Positions 9,764 to 16,382 of a DNA stretch of 18,024 nt are shown here, piece by piece. The position numbers were made by a program, and so were the translations under genes. The notes below the pieces were generated by a model. The model was not told the origin of the DNA. It was given only the letters and a program-made list of their open reading frames with translations, and ran no database searches. Within the stretch, counting starts at the first letter, position 1, and each line of letters starts with the position of its first letter. Source of the stretch: a virus (taxonomy: Duplodnaviria > Heunggongvirae > Uroviricota > Caudoviricetes); IMG/VR virus record IMGVR_UViG_3300044984_003074. One strand, given 5' to 3'.

Positions 9764-11291
9764 TAATTCAATATTTTTCCAATGTAAAGTATTAAATACT
9801 GAAGACCCTATGATGTTAGGTAGGATTAGAGGTATTAGACTAATAGATAACATAGATGATATTTTAAAAAGTGTCACTGACCCACCATGGAATGAAGAGA
9901 AAGATATTTGGACTTCAAGAGACCCTTTAGTCTTTAATACTTTATTACCGTATTTTGTTTACGCAATACCTAAAGTAGATGAATTAGTCCAAGTTATTTT
10001 TATGAACAAAGATTTTAAATATCAAAATCAATATTATGTTCAAAACACTTTTTCAACTCCAACAGCAACCTTTAAAGAATTTTATTATGGTGGTAATAAA
10101 TTCACAGGTACGGGTACGCAAATTAAAAACCCAAAACCATTAAAAAATCAAGATGGTTCCTATACTGATAATAGTGTTCATGAAGGTGTATTTCCCCAAC
10201 CTGGAGATAATGCAATTTTAGGTAGAGGTAGTGCTGACCTTATTGTAAAAGAAAATGAAGTTTTATTAAGAGCGGGTAAATTTAAAGGTCAATATTTAAA
10301 AGAAAATGTTATTCCTGTTGCAAATCAACAAAGAGGGTTTTTACAACTTAGTAAATTTCAATCTACAAAAGAAGAATTATCTCCCAAAGTTTATTATGAA
10401 CTAAAAGAAGATGTGGTTCTTACAAAATATTTAATTGAATGGGTTGTTATTAACCCTGAAAACCTTTTAGATAAATTTACAGGGGCGGTTTATTTATACC
10501 AATTAAAAGCAGACTCCACAACAAATTCAAAAAATTTAACTTTAACCAGCGTAGTATCTGAAAATTTAAAAAAATTAGTTGCGACAGTACCATTTATGGC
10601 GTTATCAAAATTAGAGACTATTAATTTTATTAATGATTTTATTAAAACTTGTAATAAAACTAATGTTACTGAAAGTGGTGTACAATTATTTCCTGATAAC
10701 AATGATAATAATAAATTCCCTATGTTTTATAGACCAAGTAAAGCTATGTACTCATTATTGGTACCATCAACAGATGAAGGGGCGTTTGCAAATAGTGCGG
10801 TTGTCAATAATGTTAGTGAAATATACCGAGGTATTAAACTTAGTCCCGCACTTAAAGGTGGGTCCGGTTTAATTTACTCAAAAAATAAAGTTGGTATTCC
10901 ACGAACACCAATTAAAAAAGTTGTTCCTCAATTTAAATATGTTAATGCCGAATCTTCATATGGTGCGTTAGGTAGTAGTAAAGTATTTTTATTATCTCAT
11001 AATTCTCAAATACCTGGTAAAGAAAGAATTAATTTTGCTAACACTCTTTATGGTATTTCTTCTGAAAAATTTGCCAACGATATAATGCCCAATACATCAA
11101 GTATGGTTAGAGGAGAAGAGTTATTAGAGTTGATTGATATGATTGTTAGATTCCTATTAACACATACACACTCATACCCAGGATTACCTCCAGTACCTAT
11201 AACACAAGACGGTTCTAACGCTGATAAAATTCTTGAAGAATTAAATAATTCATTAGAAAAAATACTTAACAGCAATATCCGACTTAATTGA
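9756..11291 (+). CDS. baseplate central spike (gp5/gpV-like) protein
   Basis: N-terminal KVLNTEDPMMLGRIRG plus YAIPKVDELVQVIF matches the OB-fold signature of gp5/VgrG/gpV (DPxxxGRv..., vPxvGexV). C-terminal LLTHTHSYPGLPP carries the HxH metal-binding apex motif. Confidence 0.7.
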   Translation: MADNSIFFQCKVLNTEDPMMLGRIRGIRLIDNIDDILKSVTDPPWNEEKDIWTSRDPLVFNTLLPYFVYAIPKVDELVQVIFMNKDFKYQNQYYVQNTFSTPTATFKEFYYGGNKFTGTGTQIKNPKPLKNQDGSYTDNSVHEGVFPQPGDNAILGRGSADLIVKENEVLLRAGKFKGQYLKENVIPVANQQRGFLQLSKFQSTKEELSPKVYYELKEDVVLTKYLIEWVVINPENLLDKFTGAVYLYQLKADSTTNSKNLTLTSVVSENLKKLVATVPFMALSKLETINFINDFIKTCNKTNVTESGVQLFPDNNDNNKFPMFYRPSKAMYSLLVPSTDEGAFANSAVVNNVSEIYRGIKLSPALKGGSGLIYSKNKVGIPRTPIKKVVPQFKYVNAESSYGALGSSKVFLLSHNSQIPGKERINFANTLYGISSEKFANDIMPNTSSMVRGEELLELIDMIVRFLLTHTHSYPGLPPVPITQDGSNADKILEELNNSLEKILNSNIRLN

Positions 11292-11299
11292 TATTTATA
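11291..11299 (+). promoter_or_regulatory. ATATTTATA motif, candidate late promoter
   Basis: TATTTATA at 11292-11299, 12 nt upstream of ATG 11312. Confidence 0.5.
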
Positions 11300-11311
11300 T
11301 TAAAAAGGTAA

Positions 11312-12811
11312 ATGTCAATTTTAAGGTCATACATAGATAAAAATAATACCATCGTATCAAACTCATTTGTTAATACAGGAAGAAACCCTGTTATTGAGTT
11401 AAACTTTGGTGCTTCTGATTTAGTAGTTCCTAACTATGGATACTCAAGATTACTCTTTAACTTAGATTTATCTTTGTTAGAACAAAATGTTGCTACAGGT
11501 GTAATATCTACAGGATGTACTTCAGCAATGACTCATACATTAAAGATGACAAACACATCTTCATTTGATAATGAATTACTAAATTCGTTTATGTCAAATG
11601 AAAGAAGAAGAGCAACATCATTTGATTTAATATTATTTAGAATACCAAAAACTTCAGGAACAACAGGTACCTCACAGTATTGGGATGAAGGTGTTGGGTA
11701 TGATTATAATGATTTTAATATCGCAAAAAATAGTGGTGTGGGTGGTTCTGCACCGTTAACATATGTTGACAGTAGAGCATTTTCCACAAGACCATCAAAT
11801 TGGTATCAAACAACTACTATTAATGATTGGTCACAGCCAGGTGTTTATAGTAACACAAATAGTGGAAATGTTAATTTTTCAGGACTTACAATTGTTGCAA
11901 GACAACATTTTGAGTTAGGTAATGAAGACCTTAACATGGACATGTCAAATGAAATTAATAGTATCCTTAATGGGACATTGACAGGAGTTACGGGATGGGG
12001 AGTAGCTTATTTACCCCAAATAGAAAATATTACAGGTTTAACCGAAAGTTATAGTGTAGCGTTTTTCTCAAGACATACTCAAACATTTTACCAACCATAC
12101 CTTTTAACAAACTATGATGATATTGTAAAAGACGATAGAAATCAATTTTTAAAGAGTCAAATTAATAAACTATATTTATATGTTTATCAAAACGGTGATT
12201 TAGTAAATTTAGATTCAACACCAATTGTTAGAATTGAGGACCGAAATGGAAATGCTGTTTCCGGTATGGCAACTTTATCTACTTGTTTAAAAACAAAAGG
12301 AATCTATGAGGTAACTGTCCCTAATGGATTTACAGGAGCAACACCATGTCAATATTATGATGTGTGGTCAGGATTGACAATTAATGGTCAAGGTATCTCA
12401 AATGTAACAAATCAATTTGTATTACAAGAATATAAAGCGGGTATTCAAATTGGGTCAGTATCTAAAGACCCACAAATTTATGGGTTTAATTTTTATGGTA
12501 TTTTACAAAACGAACAAATTCTTAACTCAGATATCAGAAAGGTTGGGGTGACAATTAAAAAGGCTTACACCGCCCAACAAATGTTATTAGATGTTTCGGC
12601 GTTTTACAGAGTATATGTTAAAGAAGGAACAACTGAAGTACAAGTACAAGATTGGACACCTCTTAGTAGAACACCAAATGAATATTTTTTCATGTTTGAT
12701 ATGAGAGATAAAATACCTAACCAATATTATGTGGATATTCAAGTGAACACTTCAGGTGAAAAAGATACTTATAAGAAACAATTAACATTTAATATCGTAA
12801 ATAGAAAATAA
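11312..12811 (+). CDS. putative virion structural protein, beta-rich with Ig-like-looking C-terminal domains
   Basis: 499 aa, rich in T/S/N/G, Trp-containing beta-strand pattern (WDEGVGYDY, SNWYQ, DWSQPG); follows the spike gene. Confidence 0.55.
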   Translation: MSILRSYIDKNNTIVSNSFVNTGRNPVIELNFGASDLVVPNYGYSRLLFNLDLSLLEQNVATGVISTGCTSAMTHTLKMTNTSSFDNELLNSFMSNERRRATSFDLILFRIPKTSGTTGTSQYWDEGVGYDYNDFNIAKNSGVGGSAPLTYVDSRAFSTRPSNWYQTTTINDWSQPGVYSNTNSGNVNFSGLTIVARQHFELGNEDLNMDMSNEINSILNGTLTGVTGWGVAYLPQIENITGLTESYSVAFFSRHTQTFYQPYLLTNYDDIVKDDRNQFLKSQINKLYLYVYQNGDLVNLDSTPIVRIEDRNGNAVSGMATLSTCLKTKGIYEVTVPNGFTGATPCQYYDVWSGLTINGQGISNVTNQFVLQEYKAGIQIGSVSKDPQIYGFNFYGILQNEQILNSDIRKVGVTIKKAYTAQQMLLDVSAFYRVYVKEGTTEVQVQDWTPLSRTPNEYFFMFDMRDKIPNQYYVDIQVNTSGEKDTYKKQLTFNIVNRK

Positions 12812-12817
12812 TAAAAT

Positions 12818-13198
12818 ATGGGGCCAGTTAAATTTCACATTACAAATAATTCAGGTTTAAGTTTACTTGTAATGAATAGTCAAATAGGTAATATTGGAGG
12901 ATGTAATAATAATGAAACATTTGATTACGAATTTGATTCGTCATTCACAAACAATACTAACGCCATTAGGTTTTACGACCCATCAACACCAGGAACTTTT
13001 ACAGATGTTGCAGGTTCTTCTTGGTCAGGTGGTGGAAGTGGATTTGACCCAGGATGGCAATCACCATTCACAATTTCCGCTAGTGGAGATTATAACGGTG
13101 TTCTTTTTAACGCCACTCAAAATGGGTGGATTGAATTACAACCTTGGAACTTAATGGAAAACGGTGGTAATGTTAACATAACTTTTATAAAAATTTAA
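12818..13198 (+). CDS. small beta-rich hypothetical protein
   Basis: 126 aa rich in N/G/S/aromatics with only 3 Lys/Arg-type clusters at the termini; fills the gap with 5-6 nt spacers. Confidence 0.65.
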   Translation: MGPVKFHITNNSGLSLLVMNSQIGNIGGCNNNETFDYEFDSSFTNNTNAIRFYDPSTPGTFTDVAGSSWSGGGSGFDPGWQSPFTISASGDYNGVLFNATQNGWIELQPWNLMENGGNVNITFIKI

Positions 13199-13203
13199 AT
13201 ACA

Positions 13204-13668
13204 ATGGCAAATAGAATAGTAAAATTAACAGAATCAGATTTAACAAGATTAGTTAAAAAAGTTTTATCTGAAGAAAGAGGAGTAAATTATATGTTCTTTA
13301 GTAATTTAGTCCAAATAAAAAGACAATGTGAGATTATGTTAGAGATGGACCATGACCAAATTGATGAGATAATTCAAAATGGACATGATTGGGCTGATGA
13401 CCATATAACCGAAGCAAAAACTAATATAGACCAAGTATTTGATTTTTTAATGAATGAAGAAAAAGGAGGGATGAATAACGAATATGATATGGTAGAAGAA
13501 GGTCGTAAAAAAACAGGTACTAAATTATGTGCTCGTGGATTAGCCGCAGCAAAATCAAAATATAAAGTTTACCCTTCAGCTTATTCTAACGGTTTTGCCG
13601 TTCAAGTTTGTAAAGGAACAATTGCAGGACTTGACGGGAAAAAACATTGTTCAGGTGCATATTGTTAA
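13204..13668 (+). CDS. modular protein: LTESDL leader, acidic domain, basic Cys-containing YPSAY domain (DUF5872 N-half-like)
   Basis: MANRIVKLTESDLTRLVKKVLSE leader; HDWADDH acidic segment; C-terminal LCARGLAAAKSKYKVYPSAYSNGFAVQVCKG. Confidence 0.75.
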   Translation: MANRIVKLTESDLTRLVKKVLSEERGVNYMFFSNLVQIKRQCEIMLEMDHDQIDEIIQNGHDWADDHITEAKTNIDQVFDFLMNEEKGGMNNEYDMVEEGRKKTGTKLCARGLAAAKSKYKVYPSAYSNGFAVQVCKGTIAGLDGKKHCSGAYC

Positions 13669-13674
13669 TATGAT

Positions 13675-13704
13675 AAAAAAAGAGAGTTAATTACTCTTTT
13701 TTTT
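13675..13704 (+). terminator. intrinsic terminator ending the long plus-strand block
   Basis: AAAAAAAGAGAGT-TAATT-ACTC followed by a T run to 13704, just after the stop at 13668. The core stem is weak. Confidence 0.6.
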
Positions 13705-13715
13705 ATTTAAAATAG

Positions 13716-13745
13716 TTTGTAATATAAAAAAAACAATTATCTTTG
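13716..13745 (+). promoter_or_regulatory. Bacteroidota housekeeping-sigma promoter (-33 TTTG / -7 TATCTTTG)
   Basis: TTTG at 13716-13719 and TAnnTTTG at 13738-13745 (18-nt spacer), upstream of ATG 13772. Confidence 0.7.
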
Positions 13746-13771
13746 TTGAATAAAAAAATAAGGATAAACTA

Positions 13772-14197
13772 ATGAGAAAATTTTATAGCAGACTTTTTAA
13801 AAGATTAAGATTAAAAATTTATATTCTTTTTAAACAATATTTTTTAAATCGTAAAAAAAACTATAATCGTAATGAAATTAAATCTTCAGCAATTTTTAGA
13901 AAATTAATTAACCATCCTGATTCCACGTTTTTAATTGCACCATTATCCGAAAAAAGATATATTAAAAACGAACCATTAGGAATATTCATTTTATTAAATG
14001 GTTTAAGATTAAACATTACAAACCACATTTATAATTATGATATTGATATTTGCCAAAATTTATTTGATAAACTCTCTTCAATATTTGATGAAAAAGTTGA
14101 AAAAAATAGAATGGAATTTGAGATAGAGATGCAAGGACAAATTCAACACTCTTTATCAAAAATATTAGAAAAAATTACTAACGAAAGTTCTCTCTGA
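13772..14197 (+). CDS. hypothetical protein (basic N-terminus)
   Basis: 141-aa ORF with its own host-type promoter; its 3' end overlaps the convergent gene by 20 nt. Confidence 0.7.
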   Translation: MRKFYSRLFKRLRLKIYILFKQYFLNRKKNYNRNEIKSSAIFRKLINHPDSTFLIAPLSEKRYIKNEPLGIFILLNGLRLNITNHIYNYDIDICQNLFDKLSSIFDEKVEKNRMEFEIEMQGQIQHSLSKILEKITNESSL

Positions 14198-14879
14198 GAA
14201 CTTTTTTTATTAACTCTTGTAACTGTTCGTTTTTTGGTTTATAAGAAGTCATTTTAGGCTTATTACCCGTACCTGATTTAGAGTGTGTTTTTTCAGCCTT
14301 TCTTTTTTGTTGACATGCAGACCTTTTTTGTGAGTCGGTCATTTTACTGGCAACACCGGCAGCACGACATTTAGGATATCCCTTATCACTAGCCTCAGGT
14401 CTACCACACGGAGGATGTCCCCCACCTTCTTTTTTACGACAAATATTAACCCATGGTCCTTTTGGCTGTGAACTTCCTTTTGGTTTCTTTTTAGTTCCAA
14501 ACCAAACCGCTAAATCTTCTTTTAAAAAAGATTCTTTAAGTGGACCAACATCTCGTTTAATTATTTCTTCAGGACTTTCGACATCTGATATACTACTACC
14601 GTCTTCATCATTTTGTCCTGTATAAAAACTTTTTAGATATGTATCAATACGAGATAATTTTTCAGTATTAGCTTCTATTTTTTTTCTTTCTTCAGGACTT
14701 TCTAAATAATCACCATCAGCTTCTTCATAAGCCAATTCCGCATTAGTGTATTTGTAAACAGGGGTATTGAATGGCGCCAATTGGTCTGGTTTCCATTGTT
14801 GTGGTGCAAGAACAATTGGAACTTTATAATGTCCTGATGAACCTGACCCTGTCGCTTCCCTTATTGATTTTTTATTCAT
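14178..14879 (-). CDS. modular protein with basic Cys-containing WF/WVNI/CGR/YPKCR domain (DUF5872 C-half-like)
   Basis: EDLAVWFG...WVNICRKKEGGGHPPCGRPEASDKGYPKCR; ends in QLQELIKKVLRENFR. Confidence 0.75.
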   Translation of the reverse strand: MNKKSIREATGSGSSGHYKVPIVLAPQQWKPDQLAPFNTPVYKYTNAELAYEEADGDYLESPEERKKIEANTEKLSRIDTYLKSFYTGQNDEDGSSISDVESPEEIIKRDVGPLKESFLKEDLAVWFGTKKKPKGSSQPKGPWVNICRKKEGGGHPPCGRPEASDKGYPKCRAAGVASKMTDSQKRSACQQKRKAEKTHSKSGTGNKPKMTSYKPKNEQLQELIKKVLRENFR

Positions 14880-14894
14880 ATATTTAACTTAACC

Positions 14895-14910
14895 ATAAAT
14901 ATCCATTTAT
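14895..14910. promoter_or_regulatory. back-to-back ATTTAT motifs in a divergent 41-nt gap
   Basis: ATAAAT-ATCC-ATTTAT inverted repeat. On the minus strand it reads GATATTTAT, 15 nt before ATG 14879; on the plus strand ATTTAT lies 10 nt before ATG 14921. Confidence 0.45.
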
Positions 14911-14920
14911 TATTAAAATT

Positions 14921-15148
14921 ATGACAGAAAAAGAACCTATGGGGTTATTATTTGATTCTATCGCATATTATACTCCCGAAGACATTGATAAATTAACTGA
15001 TAATTTAACAATTGAACAATCATTTTACATCCTTGCTCAGGCAATAGAATATGCTCATAAAGCTAGATTGTACGATTTAAGGGAGACTGAGCTAGTTTCC
15101 AAATCAATTAGGATGGTTAATACTCATTTAACCAAATCTGAAGAATAA
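14921..15148 (+). CDS. small hypothetical protein
   Basis: 75-aa ORF followed immediately by a terminator. Confidence 0.7.
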   Translation: MTEKEPMGLLFDSIAYYTPEDIDKLTDNLTIEQSFYILAQAIEYAHKARLYDLRETELVSKSIRMVNTHLTKSEE

Positions 15149-15176
15149 AAAAAGGGTCTCACGGGACCCTTTTTTT
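15147..15176. terminator. bidirectional intrinsic terminator
   Basis: A7-GGGTCT-CACG-GGACCC-T7 between convergent genes ending at 15148 (+) and 15179 (-). Confidence 0.85.
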
Positions 15177-15178
15177 AT

Positions 15179-15985
15179 TTATAATTTATTTCCACAAGAC
15201 GGACAAAATTTAAAATTTGTTTTTGTCTTGGTACCACATTCCGTACAATATTGTCTAATGTCTTCTGTGGTTTTATTCTTAGTACTTAATGGTTGTAATT
15301 TAAAACTAATTTCATGTGATGTGTGATAATTAAAATTCTCATATGAATTAGTAAAATTTTGTTTGGATTTATCACCTTTCTCAACTCTGCCGGTTTCAAG
15401 AGATTTTTTACTTCTAATGTTTGGTCCCGCAAATGTATTGGTTATAACGCCAGCAGTATTAGTTGAAGTATTAAACGCTGTTGATGAAATACCTGAAGTT
15501 AAATTACTTGTATTTGTAGAATAATTGTGAATGTTTGTTGTTGTTACACCCATAGGTTGGAATGAACCCGTACCTGAGTGATGTAAATTTGTGTAAGTAA
15601 GTCCATTTGTATAATAGAAATTATTTCTAATAGGTTCTTGTTCATCATAAAACTCAATTCTAACATCCCCATTCAAATCGATTGCCGATATGTTTTCAGG
15701 AGTATTTTTAATTTTATAGGTACTGAACTCAAACTTGTTGTTAGTGTCCAAGAATCGTTCTAAAAACATCCTCTGACCTGGTCTTAATACAACCCCACTT
15801 GTTGAGATGTATTGACCATTCAATTTGATTTTTACAAGTACCGATTTTTGTTTTGGATTATGGATTTCGAATTCGAAATTATCTTTGTCATTTAAGAAGA
15901 TAATGTGGCCGTTATAGACCTTAAGACGCGACTTTTTCTTTGTAATGTGTGCAGTCGGTTTGCCCACCGTAGTTGAGTAATTCAT
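15179..15985 (-). CDS. beta-rich domain protein with T/N/S-rich linker and C-terminal double Zn ribbon
   Basis: C-terminal CTECG...FCPSCG (two CxxC pairs); N-terminal FEFEIHNP...KIKLNG...LRPGQRMFLERF; conserved-looking ETGRVEKG after the low-complexity linker. Confidence 0.8.
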   Translation of the reverse strand: MNYSTTVGKPTAHITKKKSRLKVYNGHIIFLNDKDNFEFEIHNPKQKSVLVKIKLNGQYISTSGVVLRPGQRMFLERFLDTNNKFEFSTYKIKNTPENISAIDLNGDVRIEFYDEQEPIRNNFYYTNGLTYTNLHHSGTGSFQPMGVTTTNIHNYSTNTSNLTSGISSTAFNTSTNTAGVITNTFAGPNIRSKKSLETGRVEKGDKSKQNFTNSYENFNYHTSHEISFKLQPLSTKNKTTEDIRQYCTECGTKTKTNFKFCPSCGNKL

Positions 15986-15999
15986 TTTTTAATTTTATT

Positions 16000-16070
16000 A
16001 TAGTTAATGACTATGTTACCAATACCTTCGTGTCCGTGAATACTCAACAACCTTTAAGGTTGGGGACTGA
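16000..16070 (-). other. candidate structured 5' leader RNA
   Basis: 16011-16070 is 26/60 G+C, against 2/25 and 3/40 in the flanks. It has nested pairings GTCC/GGAC and CAACCT/AGGTTG plus an ATAGT/ACTAT hairpin. Confidence 0.4.
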
Positions 16071-16087
16071 TAAACTAAAATCTAATA

Positions 16088-16095
16088 ATAAATAT
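16088..16095 (-). promoter_or_regulatory. ATATTTAT motif, candidate late promoter for the Zn-ribbon gene
   Basis: ATAAATAT on the plus strand, about 100 nt upstream of ATG 15985. Confidence 0.4.
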
Positions 16096-16107
16096 ATTCA
16101 AAATATT

Positions 16108-16136
16108 TTTGGAATCAATAAAAATGTGTATATTTG
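16108..16136 (+). promoter_or_regulatory. Bacteroidota housekeeping-sigma promoter (-33 TTTG / -7 TATATTTG)
   Basis: TTTG at 16108-16111 and TAnnTTTG at 16129-16136 (17-nt spacer). It overlaps the track's ATG at 16134, which favours a start at 16161. Confidence 0.7.
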
Positions 16137-16160
16137 TACAATAAAAAAATAAAACAGTCT

Positions 16161-16379
16161 ATGAAAAACTTAATCGTAATTTTAATCACAGTAATATTTT
16201 TAACTTCATGTGTAAGTCAAAAAACTATTGAATTAGCAAACGGTAAGATGGTTACCGAAAAAAAATTCAAAAGAATGTGCCATAAAGCTTATAAAAAAAG
16301 TTTTGGTAAAATGTCAAAAGAAGACAAAAAATTGTTTGAAGATGTAAAGATTTCTGTAGATACCTTATCAGGTAACTAA
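16161..16379 (+). CDS. small basic lipoprotein (72 aa)
   Basis: MKNLIVILITVIFLTSC is a signal peptide II with lipobox LTSC; the mature part is Lys-rich. Start reassigned from 16134 to 16161. Confidence 0.8.
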   Translation: MKNLIVILITVIFLTSCVSQKTIELANGKMVTEKKFKRMCHKAYKKSFGKMSKEDKKLFEDVKISVDTLSGN

Positions 16380-16382
16380 TAC

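Noticed and set aside
1129-11275. Short antisense or alternate-frame ORFs in the track (1129-1347, 1709-1906, 4215-4460, 5098-5337, 8640-8861, 9300-9515, 10490-10702, 10633-10872, 11048-11275)
   Set aside because: They are fully nested in longer genes with recognisable motifs, have shadow-ORF composition (S/L/I/F-rich), and have no promoter.
12894-13154. 86-aa alternate-frame ORF within 12818..13198
   Set aside because: The 126-aa frame fills the gap with normal short spacers; this frame has no supporting features.
16020-16090. Hammerhead-like CTGATAA on the plus strand, and known riboswitch classes
   Set aside because: The core should be CUGANGA with a downstream GAAA, and neither fits. 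I recognised no known aptamer consensus.
16134-16160. Track start codon for the lipoprotein
   Set aside because: It overlaps the -7 promoter element; the Met at 16161 gives a canonical signal peptide II.
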